Assembly (NCBI GenBank): GCA_964036045.1
Contig: OZ038378.1
Location: 145,266,001 to 145,330,000 of the forward strand
Length of the DNA stretch: 64,000 nt
Source: Eutreptiella sp. 'Long Island Sound 2002'
Taxonomy: Eukaryota; Protista; Euglenida
Reading direction: 5' to 3'
Below, in pieces: positions 48,005 to 61,200 of the stretch. Below the pieces are notes generated by a model. That model worked only from the letters and a program-made list of their open reading frames with translations. It had not been told where the DNA came from and ran no database searches. How positions within the stretch are numbered: the first letter of the stretch is position 1; every line of letters begins with the position of its first letter. A program made the position numbers and the translations under genes.

Positions 48005-49201
48005 ATGCGGGTGTGTGCCGCCTTCCTTTTGTGGGCAGTGATGACATGGGCGTCCACGTGCATTCGAGTGCTTGCGGTCTGCACTGTGGCCACGCACTGG
48101 GGCTCACATGCCGGACCCCAAGAGCCACGTGCCGAGCAACGGGCGCTGATATTCTGGCACATTGCAGTGATCAATGGCACAGAACCCAAATTGCAAGAGG
48201 TCCTTGACCGTCAGCTGGCGGCATTGGAGGGGTCCGGGCTGCTGCCGCGCTGCTTCGTGTCGATCGGCCTCGTCGGGGACCCGTCGGCGAAGACCCCGAC
48301 GCTCAACCGCATTCTCGAGCGGCCCAACGTCCGAGTGGTCGCGCGCGCGTCGCCGCCGGCGTACGAGTGCGTGACCACCCGCCCGCTCTGGCGGCTCGCG
48401 GTCCAGGAGGTCGAGAAGTGCCGCGCGCGCCGGAAGTGCGCCGAGGACAAGCTCCCGCCGGTGCTGTACATGCACAGCCGCGGCATCACGCGGAGCGCGC
48501 AGGAGTACGCCCCGTCGTCGGACTGGACGCGGATGATGGAGTACATGCTGATCGAGCACTGGCGGACGAGCGTGGCCCTGATCGCGCGGCACAAGGTGCG
48601 GACGACGGGCTGCGAGCTCTGGATCCACCCCCTCGCCCCGGCGTGGCACTACTCCGGGAACTTCTGGTGGGCCAGCCTGCCGCACATCGCGCTCCTCCCC
48701 GACCCCGAGCTGCTGACGAACTGGTCCCGGCGGCTGGACGAGAAGCTGGTGCGGTTCGACTGCGGGGAGAGCTGGGTGCTGCGGGACATGGGGGCGCGGC
48801 CGCAGCACGTGGTGCTGCACTACACGGGGTGGCACCCCGGGGAGCGCGGCCGCATCAACTCGTACGAGGACATGTACCCGCGGCGGATGTACGACTGCCC
48901 CCGGCGCACGAGCTCCGAGGAGTTCCCCGTCATCCCCTCGGTCGTCCCCTGCGCCCCGATCGAGCAGTGCACCGGCGCCGGGTGCGGCGACGAGATCGTG
49001 ATGCGGCGGACGGGGGGGGTCAGCATGGCGGAGTTTCTGCACGTCAAGAATCTGACGGGCTTCCCCTGGATTGTTGAGATACCCTCGTCGGAGGCCCCGC
49101 TGGGCTTTGTGCACACAACAACGGGGTGGCCCGCGCCAATGAAACTCAGCATGTTCTTGACCATTGCCCTCACCGTTTTTCTCTGGTGCAGAAAGAGATA
49201 A
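48005..49201 (+). CDS. Intronless 398-aa membrane/secreted protein with a YxHxxG...W..MMEY...HYSGNFWW domain (putative glycosyltransferase-like)
   Basis: Open frame with strongly GC3-biased core; hydrophobic N-terminus (MRVCAAFLLWAVMTWA) and C-terminal anchor (MFLTIALTVFLWCRKR); motifs VLYMHSRG, DWTRMMEY, HYSGNFWWA, GESWV. Confidence 0.8.
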   Translation: MRVCAAFLLWAVMTWASTCIRVLAVCTVATHWGSHAGPQEPRAEQRALIFWHIAVINGTEPKLQEVLDRQLAALEGSGLLPRCFVSIGLVGDPSAKTPTLNRILERPNVRVVARASPPAYECVTTRPLWRLAVQEVEKCRARRKCAEDKLPPVLYMHSRGITRSAQEYAPSSDWTRMMEYMLIEHWRTSVALIARHKVRTTGCELWIHPLAPAWHYSGNFWWASLPHIALLPDPELLTNWSRRLDEKLVRFDCGESWVLRDMGARPQHVVLHYTGWHPGERGRINSYEDMYPRRMYDCPRRTSSEEFPVIPSVVPCAPIEQCTGAGCGDEIVMRRTGGVSMAEFLHVKNLTGFPWIVEIPSSEAPLGFVHTTTGWPAPMKLSMFLTIALTVFLWCRKR

Positions 49202-50379
49202 CCCTGAGCCAGGTGGGGGGGGGCTGTGCCTTCCTGGATGTTTGGTGTGTGCCATCTTTGTATGTAGCAGTCCAGGGGGGGCCTGACACTACAACAGTAT
49301 GCAGAAATACCCCGCCCCCCAAACACCCCGACAGACATGCAGAATACTCTACCCCCTCCACCCCCCGGGTGCCCAATAACCGCCGCCGGCGGTCCCAGAA
49401 ATCCCGGACACCGAGATACCCACGCCCACGCCGGGGCGCAACCACCAGCGGATCCGGTCCCCAAACTCAGGCAAAATTCAGAGACCCAACGAATCGGCAG
49501 AACAAATCTGCGAGGTCGGCCAAATTCGGCCGCCGAGTTGGGGGTAGGGGGTATCCCTCGCCCAGGGCGGTCCTTTGGGACCGAGAGTTTTTTTTTTTGT
49601 TAAGGACCGCCCTTAAGGACCGCCCCAAGGGACCACCAACCGCCAACCACCAAACGCCACCAACCGCCAACCGCCAACCGCCAACCACTGCTAACTGCCA
49701 TCAACCACCAATCCCCAACCACCAACTGCCACCAACCACCATCAACCGCCACCAACCGCCAGCAACCGCCAGTCGCCAATCGCCAACCGCCAACCGCCAA
49801 CCGCCAACACATGGTGTGCCCATGGGCATTTTTGGGAAACCTGGGTACAGGAACACTTCTTCTTTTTTTTTCTTCTTCCTTAAGGACTGCCCTGCCCTCG
49901 CCCGTAACATGTCCGGTGGCGGGGATGAAAAGGACTGGGAGTGCACTTCTGGCAAATTGGACGGGCGCGTAGGGGGCGATTGGTGCTGAGATTTGTTGGG
50001 GCGTCTGGGATTCTGGGACACCTGATTTGGAGGTGTCACTCTAAGATGTGCATCTTTTACTTTGGGACACCAGATAATGCCTTTTCTTTCTATGTCGGTT
50101 CTTCAGATTGGCACCATGAAGTCTTTTAACTGCCCACAAAAACTGCCCACATACAAAACATGCCTGATTGAGGCTGCCTAGCCCTGGGTACCATAAGGTA
50201 GTGGAAACACCTAGGCCCCACATATGAGCATGTACACATGTACGAACAAAGCAGAACTTCGGACCGTTGGCCGCACATGTGAATGAAGTGGGCGGGAAAC
50301 CGCCATGCGCAAAAAAAGCTGCCCACAAAAAGGCGTGTCTCTGGTCCCCTGGGATTCATTATCCCCCACTGATCAAATC

Positions 50380-50930
50380 TCTCTGCGGGACAAGTACCCT
50401 GATGCTGGTCAGGGGGCAGTTTGCGACTTGTGTGTTCGCTCTGCACGCCCCAGTGCGTTCTTCAGCCGCCGTTCTTCAAGCACCTCATCATCAGCCCCCC
50501 CATCAGTGGACTCTGGGCTGCAGGTGCTTTCGGCTCCTCTAGTTGTGTCTGGTGCAGCCATGTCTTTGGCCACAGAGTCAATGGATTCTGGGGTTGTGGA
50601 GCCTTCAGCGTCTGTTGCAGAGTCTTCTACTGCTGCCACAGGGTCTGCCATAGGGTCTGCTGCACACGCACCCAGCACATCACAATCAGATGGTCAGAAG
50701 GTGCGCGCAAAACGTTCGCGTCCAGACACTTTGAAGAAGGCCAAACAGCCCTGTGTGCTGAAAGGAGTTATAATTGCACAGAGGTTGAAAAGTACGGTAA
50801 GTATGGTCTGTATGACAACAGTGGTAGGCTGTACTGCAAGCCATGTGGAAAAAAGATGGATGCGACACGGGGGGACTCGCTGACGAAGCACGTTACCTCA
50901 GGCATTCATGACGTTGTGTGCGCCAAACAT
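50380..50930 (+). pseudogene. Decayed hAT/CGGBP1-like BED zinc-finger fragment
   Basis: IAQR, frameshift, VEKYGKYGLYDNSGRLYCKPCGKKMDATRGDSLTKHVTSGIH (C-x2-C...H-x4-H). Confidence 0.6.
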
Positions 50931-53900
50931 ATTCAGTCTTTAATTTTTGGTTCTAGCGCTGATTGTACTACGTGGTAACTGATTGTTGGTGCTGTGCGGG
51001 GCGCGGCACAAACCGCCCCGCCTGCATCCGATGACCGGACGAATGCTGCGTGTTTCCAGCCCCATGCTGGTGCATCACAGATTCATAATTTACTGATTGA
51101 ATTGTAATGTCTAGTCGATCCGATAAATTCCATATATCCAAAGGTCACATATTTGGTACATTGTTCTCCTGCCTGACACGCGTCTTTGGTTGCAGATCAG
51201 AATATTGAAGACCAGCAATGTTTCAATGGGATTCCTGTATGCTTGCCAGGGTTGGTGGCAGCAACCAAACCGGCTAACACCTAACCCCTCAAACCTCGGG
51301 CCCTCCATGCCCCTTGGGACCAACGAGCGTAGGGAGTGTGGCCAAGAGAGGCCAGCGACAGCAAGCACGCCCAAAGTATATGCAACCCAAACATGGAACA
51401 CAGAATAAACACCACACCTCATGCAGAGTGTGACCAGGAGTTAAAGCCCGGAACCCATGAGCCCACAGCCCTGACCCCAGTAGGGATTGGACCTATGGGA
51501 TTGGACCTACAATGCAAACACTGAGCATTGACGTCAAAAGGCTCAAAAGCAATGTAGAAGACCGGATTAGAGAACCCACACTTGGATGTCCACAGAGCTG
51601 CTGCACATTGCTGCACATGCATCCCAGAACCTGCATGAATGGTGCGCTTTGCGGCCTGCTTGCGGTCCCACCCACTGACCCCAAGGCCTTGACTAATCGC
51701 CCCCCCACTGTCGCCGCGCATCCAATGAAACTAATCAGGCCAAAGGCAACTCTCTCCAACCACCTCAGCAGGGCAGCGGTGGTAGTCCCCCCTCCCCTGC
51801 AGATGTTTTCCTCAGGCCAACCCCACCAAAATCGGCTTTGGTTGGAAGATTTTGCATACGACTATGGAATAGGTATTCAAAGGGTGCAGGATCTGACAAC
51901 TTTGTTCCCGTGCCCTAACAGACCCTGACACCACTGAACCTGAAACATTCCACAATTGTCCTACATCGCACCATCCACATGGCATTGATCTAGCTTGAAC
52001 TTCCATGTCGTTGAAATGGTGCAGAGCTATGATGCCCACAACCCTCAGACTAGTACACGCCTCGATAGAGCAGTGGAAATGATGTCCACAGAAGTGAAGA
52101 CCAGCCCATTGCTCTGCACACCACTTGCTAATACCAACCACTCTTGGGCTACAAACCCTGGTTTCGCAGAAACCACAGTTTGGCACCACTGCCTTGCCTG
52201 CTCTCCCAGTGTTCAGGGCCAGAGTCAGTGATATTTTACGCAGAGCTGTGATTGCATGTGGCAGGGCAAGGGCGAGCATCACAGCCAAACCAGACGGGCA
52301 CCAATTAGCAAGAACATCCTGTACCCCAGAACTGGGACCATATCCCTGCGTTGGTGCACCAATTTTGCTGGTTGTTGGGTGCATTCGCATGGGTGTAGAC
52401 ATCTAGAACTGGTCATCCCAATCAGTGAATCTGCTCTTGATGTGTGCTTATGTAGAAGATAAACTGTGTAGTGACGGGCCGATCGAAGCGGTCCACTGTG
52501 CCGTGGATTTGTCAATATGGTGTCCATTTATTGCACGAATTCAGGACGGTGCAATGGAGGTGGGGGGTTGGAAGTCTCTCAGGGGCACCCATTCTGTGCG
52601 GCCACGGAGGGTTTTGGTTTTTGCCAAATTTTTCAAGTTTCCCCTCAGTTTGTGGAACTGAGGACACTTCTCCCTATTTTAAGGGTGGGCAACTCAACAA
52701 AATATGTTTTATGTTTTGTCGCGTATTTGGATGGGTACCCATAAAGCCCCTCCCCTCTGCTCTCAGCCCTTTCCCCGAACCCATTACCCAGAATTCTGCA
52801 AACAAACAAAAGTCAATTAAACATAGGGGGTCATTTACAGTGGCACTTGGAAAAAAGCAATTTTTACTTTTTCGTTCTGTTTTTGGGCAGCTGCTGATGG
52901 GGCATGTGACGAAACACAGTGACACATGTGGGGACACCTTCTCACCTGAGAGGCATTGGGTGGCTGTGACAATGCATTCCCAGGTCACAAGCGGAAGCGG
53001 CTTTCTGAGGCAACTGGGTGCTTGAATGGTACGATATTCTTTTCTCTTCGTTTGTGTGTGTGGTGTCCATGGCTCTGAGAGTTTCGTTCTTCGCTTGTTT
53101 GGGGCATGCCGGGTGCTTTGCTTGTTGCGTGTGAGGCGTCCCTGGCTCTTGGGCAGTTGTTCGCCGTGCATGTGTGATATGCTGCAAGTGCAATTTTAGT
53201 GCAGAGCGTAGATGTTGTGCTCGTTTGTTCTTGATTGCTCTTTCTCTTGAGGTTTGAAAATGAAAAATCATCTAACACCACAGGCACCAAAAGGATCAAT
53301 GCAAGATCACGGTGTGAAAGGTTGCAGTCCAAACAAGGTTGGGATAGTACAAAAGTATGTACAAAGGTGATTGTGCTTTGGTTCTGATAGCATGCTCATT
53401 ACGATGGTGTGTTTGTTGATAGAAAAACACAAGAAAACCGCTTTAGTGTCACGGCATGTACCGAGAGACGTAAACCTTTTGTTTTGGCTCCATACTTTGA
53501 TGAGGTGGCATGGGGTATGGCATGACACCTCATGCCGCTTAACAAGCATTTTATGGGGTGCTAGTTAGTCAGTAGTGCACCTCAGTCCACTCAAAAGGCA
53601 TGGGGTAACCTTTTGTCTCATCATCTCACGGTTCATTATGCCTAAGCACGATTGTCCATAGGCCGTATATACGTGTGGCGCAAAATGAGTACGGATTTCT
53701 AAGTGCCCCGAAAACAAGAGAACTGCCAGCATACATAAAACAATCTCAATCACTTATCGCACCCTTTGATCCCACACCAAGTAAAGATCGCTACCCCACA
53801 CAAAAAATGTAATTATTCAGGCAAACCAAGTAGCAATCCAAGGACGTTTCAAAAAGATGTCTCTTATCTCTGAGTGTGCTGCCAATTCGCATAATAGGAT

Positions 53901-56543
53901 TTCTAAGAATAGATGGATAAAATATTGCATGTGACCTAACCACTATGTCAGCAGTGGCTCGGGATTAATAAACATGATATAGAACACAAAGCTCAAGTAC
54001 AATGAAGATGGAACATGGATAAAGGATTTATTGAAGGCATACCTACATATGATAAGCGATATCGGGACTTTTTGCACTTCGGGGTTAAAGTTGTGTATTT
54101 AAAAAGGTGCAAAAATATAGAAGATTGTGTTTTCGGACTAGAAAAAAATCTAAGGATGTGGAGCAGGGCCCATGCACTGCAGCAGCGAATAGGATGAAGG
54201 TGAAGGATTCAAGTTTTGAAAAAAAAAAGAAGTCTGCTTACAATAGATGTATCGGAAAAAGAATGGACGCAGAAGGATAGAAAAGGAGCCACATTGCATG
54301 AGTTTTGTAGTCCACAGATAAGAGTAGCCATCTAAAATTGAACAAAGGAATCACATTGAATGCACTTCATACATGGTAACATCCAATGTACATTTTTCCA
54401 AACCTCAACATATCTAACCTGATCTGTACGGATAGAGCACCTGTTATGGCACCATCATGGTCCTTTTTTTGGTTTTTTGGAAACTAAGATGCGGGCTTTG
54501 GCGGTCATACACGACGTCGTCTTTAACTTGATCGTGATTCCCGTTGCACAGACAATATAGGATGCAAGCGTAATTAGCTCACGCTAGTTACGGACATTCG
54601 TTGAATTCGAGTATTGCATAAGTTTGGACACGTGCACAAAAATGCAAATGAAGGATAGCTTTTGCCTCTACAGTGAATTAGAAACACTGTACTTTAATGG
54701 TCATGAGCATCCTTGATTTTTTTTGTACGTGATCCCATTCCAAAAAAGTTCTGGGGTCGGGTCCCACCCCACAATACTATACATGGAAAAGGTGAAAATA
54801 CAACGAAGAAGGTTGGGTTAGTCGTGCATCATGCATAGCGCTAGGGATGTAGGGACACTTGAGTCTACCCTTCGCCGGCTTTGGCTTTGTTTTTTGGGGG
54901 TATCAGAAGCAGATGCGGTAGTGGCCGAGCCCTACTGGTCGGTAGTGGTGGGTTAGGAGCTGTAAATAAATGCTATAAATAATCACAAGAAATCGCTGCT
55001 TCATTTGTGTTTTTCTTACAGCTTTTTGGTTGTGCACTTTTATTTCTGGCCGTCACCTTTTCAGCCTCAATGCATATTCTTTTCTGACGAGCTTGCCTTT
55101 GCGAACTTTGCCTCAGCTCTCAGTTCTTGATAGGGTGGTTAGGATCGGTTTTGGTAGCATTTTTTTCTTGGTGGTTGTGGTTAGTTTTGTTGTGGTCTTG
55201 GTTTTCTTTTTCTTGATTGTAACATTGAAAGTTTGGTTCCTCTTTTGTGCTTTTTTTTAAGTATCAGCCCTTAAAGTAGTGATTTGTTGCAGCTTTGCCC
55301 ATCAAATCTATTGTCAAAAATGGGTAGAATCTAAGAAGCATTATCTCAATCAAATAGAAGGTGCCCTACGGTGCAAAGAAAACATTGTACCCAACATCCT
55401 TGATGAAATGAAGTGTTATCTATGCTGTTCATTTGATTTTCTATGTTTTTGGCAGTTCCAACACGACGGTATGAGATCAAAAATTCTTGTACTATTGTTC
55501 ATCAAAACTCCTATTACTCCAGTGGACTATGGTGTGGGAACTAAGGGTTGTCTTTTTGAGAGATCCCAAGTTCAAACCCCACTCATCTAACTAAGTTAGA
55601 ACAACCCCATATGATGCATGTGACATGGTTGTGACCACATGTACCACAGCCTATGCTACCTCTTAAATTCCCGCTTTGCATCTCGTTCCTCTATTTGAAT
55701 AGTCTCTGTATTCTCTGGTTGCACTTGCTTTGGTGTTTGCTCCTGCTCCATTTTAGGTACTCAAAGATTTCAGTGGAAAATAAAACCAGACCAAGACTCC
55801 AAGACGAGCAGAACTGGGATCAATAAAATAATAAAGAACTTGATGGGGCTGTACAATGAACAGACAAACAATGGGTGATGTTGGGCCTTGTGTTTGCTCG
55901 TATGCATGCATGTATGCATCAGGACCACTCAGGACTTCAGTCTGCACTCTGCAACAGTGAACAGTGACTTCAGATCAGGGCAAAAATGGTATATCTCAGA
56001 AATCAGGCTTCTTGCAAAGATAGTCAAACAGACGAAACAAAAATGGTTTCCCAATGATAAAAAAACATAGAAAATCGCTTGAAATGTCTTCCAGGAATTT
56101 TCCGTAGCTCAGGAAACTGCAGAACTGAGTAGGAACTTCCCTCATGACCTCAGAACTCAGTAGGAATTCCCATAGTGGAAGCGGCGCACTCACGGGGCAA
56201 AAATGGTCAAAAAATGCAATAGTCGTATGACCACTATATAGATGCGGAATTTTATGCTGAGTCTGAAAATCATATTGTATTTCTGTGAAAGCACCATATG
56301 TTGGAGAATAATGCAGATTACTGAACAGCTCAGTCTCAATGAGACTAGCCAAAAAAATAGATAAAGCAAAGGCCAACACCCATGTTGTGCTATATTACAA
56401 ATAGTGTTCAAAGAAGAAACAATGGAATAACAAACAATAACTCATGGCATATAATACAATAGATAAACCCTCTTTTGAAATAAAGTTAAGCCATTAAGTG
56501 TCTTTCACCTATATTGGAAGTGATCAAGCTCCATGGACAACAT

Positions 56544-56991
56544 TTCCCCTAATGTCCCAACCAAACTCTAATAAAGAATAATACCATTGCTCCATATGAA
56601 ACCAATTTTGAGAAATTGTTGCTCATTCATGGACTTTTAACACTACCTCACGTGCCGGATCTGCCGGATTCTCATCATAGACTAAACTATCTTTTCAAAT
56701 GTCAATCATCTTGGTAAGCCAACCTTTGTTCATATCTATGTTTATTGTCACAATCCTTCGTGCATTGATCATATTTCATTGTGGTATCCCACTTAGCTTT
56801 TTAAGACGTCACAATTTTTTCGTGTGCTATTAAGTTGTGGTAATATCATACATCTCAGAATAAGTATAAAATTTGTCTACCCGATGGTGTTCCCCCAATG
56901 TCCCAACCGAACTCTAATAAAGAATAATACCATTGCTCCATATGGAACCAACATTTTGAGAAATTGTCGCTCATTCATGGACTTTTAACAC
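56544..56991 (+). repeat. ~100-bp direct repeat pair (56544-56643, 56890-56991) at the edge of an AT-rich island
   Basis: TTCCCC.AATGTCCCAACC.AACTCTAATAAAGAATAATACCATTGCTCCATATG...GGACTTTTAACAC twice. Confidence 0.9.
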
Positions 56992-58233
56992 CCCTTCCAG
57001 CCTGAATACACGCTGTGTGTGAAGGCGTCGTCCAAGAATGACTCCCATGTTCCACGTCACCAACAGATCTCACCTCAATCCGGCGTCAATGGGGTCCAAT
57101 CTTACTAAAAATTGGGAGTAGAACCAACCATAAATGACCAAATGTAGACCAAGATGAGTCCTTCAAACGGTCTCAGGATACTCCAGTGTCGTCCTCGTAC
57201 GCTCTCGTAGTCGTGAACGATGTTCCTGGTCGCAGTAGTAAGAAATCCAACTCTGATCCAGACGCTTGACCCAATACATGTCACCAAATCCAATCAATCT
57301 GGGCAGATGAACACAGTAATTGAGCCATAAAATCAGTGAAGTAGGCACCCTAGATATCAGGCCAGTACCTCAGCTGTCAGGTGGTCGTAGGTGTTGCTGG
57401 GGGCCTGCACTTGCCGCCATGAAACTCCAGCATATGAACTTGAGCTCCAGATCCCACATCATAAATGTACCAGGATGCCCCAATCCAGCCACATGAATCA
57501 GCATGTCATAACACAAATGCCAGGGCATGAGGACTCAGCTCCTCGCTGCACATGTACAACGGCGCGTCCAGACTTCTAACGCGTTGCTTTACGTGTTCGC
57601 CTCAACATTTAGACCACTGGTTCAAGTCAGGTAGGTGCCCTGGGAATAACTCCCTCCAAAACCCCAAAACTCAACTTGTAGTTACTTAAACTTGGCTTCA
57701 AGTTGACCATAGGTGCTGCGAAGTAAAACCAGGACCAAGTGATATTCAAAGTACTTTCCAACCATGAACTAACCAAAAGATTTTGGGAACCTCAAGAACC
57801 CCAGGTTCCTTGATACTAGGCTCCCACCAACTCAACTCCCTCCAGAATTTGTCGTAACTCCAGAACTTGCTGTTATGCCAGTCATATCCGCCTTTTAAAA
57901 CTGTTGAATATTTGACCTTGAAACTTCTTCCAACTCCTTTCTTTCTGGTTCCCAAAATTGTGCTGCTGACCTTGCTGGCGGCGCGAGTGGCTCACAGCGC
58001 AGAAGGCCGGCAGTCCCTCCGAAATTGCCACGAGGAATAATGGAGACCAAATAAGGTCTGAGCTTTTCCATGCCTTAAACTGTACTTTTCTGGATATATC
58101 CTGAACTTCAATGATTGTTCTGCAGTATGAAGTGAAGTTCTGCAGGTTTTCACCTTGGTCCGCCAGTGGAAGCATAAGAAGCATGAAAACAGACTTCAAG
58201 GTACTCTTTCCTCCTCAGTATCTTGGTAATCAC

Positions 58234-61200
58234 TCAAGGTAACCAGTCTTCTGCCATACCACCAACTGTAGGCTCTTCTGTACGTCGCCGTTTGCCTCCG
58301 TGCTGCTGTGAGCCCTTCTTGGTGCTGACCTCTCCTGGTTCCTTGTTGTCCGTGGCAGTCTCTTCCTTGGGTTCCTCCGCGCTGGACTTCTTCTTCAGTG
58401 TGCTGCTGATCCGCCGAGCCTGCCTTAGCGCTGTGTCAAAGCAAGGTGCGTGTGCCAGATAGTAATCCACAAAAACATGATTCAGCTTTCCATCATCATG
58501 CACGAATGCACGTACTGGTTCCCAAGTGCTCTCGCTCGTGCCATAGCCTTCCCACTTCGTTAAAAAGCGCCAGCCTTGTCTACATTGTCCTCTCAGGATC
58601 TGTTCGACGTGATAAGCTCCAGTTCTCTCCATCTCAGTCTGATTGTAGAATGGCGTATCCTGGTCATTTGCCACGATGTCCTGTTCATCAGCCAACGCTG
58701 CTCGCTTGTCGTCATTCAGCATGTCTGTCTCTTCTTCTTTGATCGTGTTTTCGCCATAGGCATCCACCAGCTCAAATGGGAAGCGCTTCACGAACTCAAA
58801 GGCAACAGGTACTTCGCCGCCCAAAGTAGGACTGCAACGCGCCGTAATACGGCCGCTGCTGACTCCAGTAACAAGGTAGGGACCATACAACATAACATCC
58901 TTCGTGGCACCCTTAGGTACCTCCAATTGCTTGAACCTCTTTCTCCTTCTATTGGCGCGTTCAAACCGACTCGCTCGTCCTTTCCTCAAGTGGGCTTGAA
59001 CAACTTGGGCAATCTTGTTTTGTTCTTTGACCCAGTCCTGCACTTGAACGTTGCCTTCGTGTAGAAAGGGTAGGTCCAAACGTAGAGTAGGCCTTCCATG
59101 GAAAACGTCTCCTCGTGAATAGCCAGATTTTCCTCTCTGCTTGTGGTTCATACATATGACCACCTGGTCGTTCAACTGGACCCAATTGCTGGGTTTAATA
59201 CTCTGCCTCAGAATACGGAGCTCTTCCTGGTACTCATCATTCATACGCTCGCATAGTCCGTTTGATTGTGGGCGGTAAGGTTGTGAGAACAATACTTCCA
59301 CGCCCGTTGCAGCAAATACGTTGCAATACCAGCCATAGTCTCCCTTGAAGCGAATATCCTTGTCACTGTGGATGCGAACAGGTGGGCCATAGAAACGAAT
59401 CCAATGGTGTTTGATGAGCTTCAGAACGCCTTCTCCATTAATAGTCTTCTTGCATGGTACAACTTGGCAGAAAGCACTCAGAGCGTCCACAATCATCAAG
59501 GCATAGTCGTAGTTATGACACTTGGGTCTGTCAATGAAGTCCACATACAACAGTGCATTGACCATGTGTGGCAGTGGCAGGACGCCAAGTAGGCCTCGGT
59601 CGCTGGGTTGGTTCCGCTTGCTCGTGACAAACTCCTTGCATGTCCTGTGCATGTCCTCAATTTTCTGTGTCAACTCTGTGTCAGGTACGCGAGTGTGGAA
59701 CATCTTCTCGAAAGCCCAGAGCCAGGAATCCGGTCCAGGATGAACGACAACATCGTGGGTCCACTGTAGGGCTGCGCCCAGCGCCTTCTTGGGTATGCAT
59801 GTTTGCACTTCCTTCCTTATAATACCACTTGAGGATAGCCACCACAGCTCCTTGTCCACCAGTGCATAGGATCCACCCCCTAGGGCTTTCAAACTATCTC
59901 CATACTCCTCCACATAGTTAGACTTCCGCAGAGAACTGAGTACTTCAGCTTTGCTCATCATGAGATCCAAATGGACATCCATTTTCTGAAAAGCTTCTTG
60001 AGAAAGAGCTTCAGAGCTTGCAGAAATTTTCTCATCGAAATTTTCACGTGAGAGGCAATCACATAGCTCATTTTTCAGACCCGGTACCCTGTAGATGTTG
60101 AGCTTCAGCTGAGCGAGAAACGTCCACCAACGTCTGAGCTTTCGGTTTTCAGGAGGGGCCCCCTTGAGAAACGTCTCCGTGGACTCCGGATCACATAACC
60201 ACACCGTGGAATTGCTGCCAAACAGTCGGCTTTGTCCGGAGATAAGCAGAATTCCAGAGAGTAATTCACGTTCATACGTGCTGTAGTTAGCTCTAGTTGA
60301 GGACCATTTCCAATTCCAGTGGCCAATGGGTACGAGATGGAATTCCTGCGAATCGTAGTTGTGCTTGAGTGAGCCGTCACGATTGACTCTGACTGTCCTC
60401 AGTTCATCCGCTATTCTCCTTGCAGCTGCTCCTGGAATTCGTTGCCACTGCAGAAGTGTGCCTCCGCCTCCCACAAGAGAAGCATCAGTGATGACCACGA
60501 ACTCGCCGTCAGGCGCAGGTGTGCCCAACAGCCTCAGTGAACTCAGCTTTTCCTTGATCTCCTGAAACTGAGCTTCATGCTCTGGTGTCCACTTCCAAGG
60601 TACAGTCTTCTTGGTCAAGTCCGTGAGAAGGTGGCTACTGTACGTGAAAAGTGGGGATGTGCCTCCTGTAAAAATTACAGGATCCCAGGGAAACTTCTGA
60701 TGTCCTTGACGCCACGGGTCTTGTCATCACGGATAGAAGCCTTCAAAATTGGGGCGACCTTTTCCTTCACAGGTCGCCACCATCTCCATCCAACTTGGAA
60801 ACCCAAATGTTCAATTTCCTCCTGCATGAATTCAGATTTTTCCAACTTCACGCGGGTATTGCATTCTTTACAAGTGCGTAAAAACTCCTCCACCAAACGT
60901 AAATGGTCATCAGCGTCATCGGTCCCCAATAGCACATCATCTATATAGACCTCAATGACTGCTCCCTTCTTCAGTAGTGCCTGCACCGTAGGTTTGAGCT
61001 TCATAAGGGCCACGACCTGGTTCATGAGCTCCTGGAAAGTTGCCGGGGCATTCGTCAACCCAAACGGCATAACTTTCCATTTGAACACTTGATCATTAGG
61101 AGCAATAAATGCTGATAGACCCTGCGCTCGTTTTGTTAACTCCACTTGCCAGAAACCACTGCGCTTATCCAATTTGGATTTGAAACGGCAATGAGCTGCT

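Noticed and set aside
48104-49255. 383-aa minus-strand ORF and other long overlapping ORFs (e.g. 22791-23726, 38955-40181, 601-1371)
   Set aside because: Antisense shadows of GC3-rich coding sequence with no recognisable motifs.
51950-52400. Integrase zinc-finger remnant
   Set aside because: His/Cys spacing is only suggestive and no catalytic motifs are recoverable.
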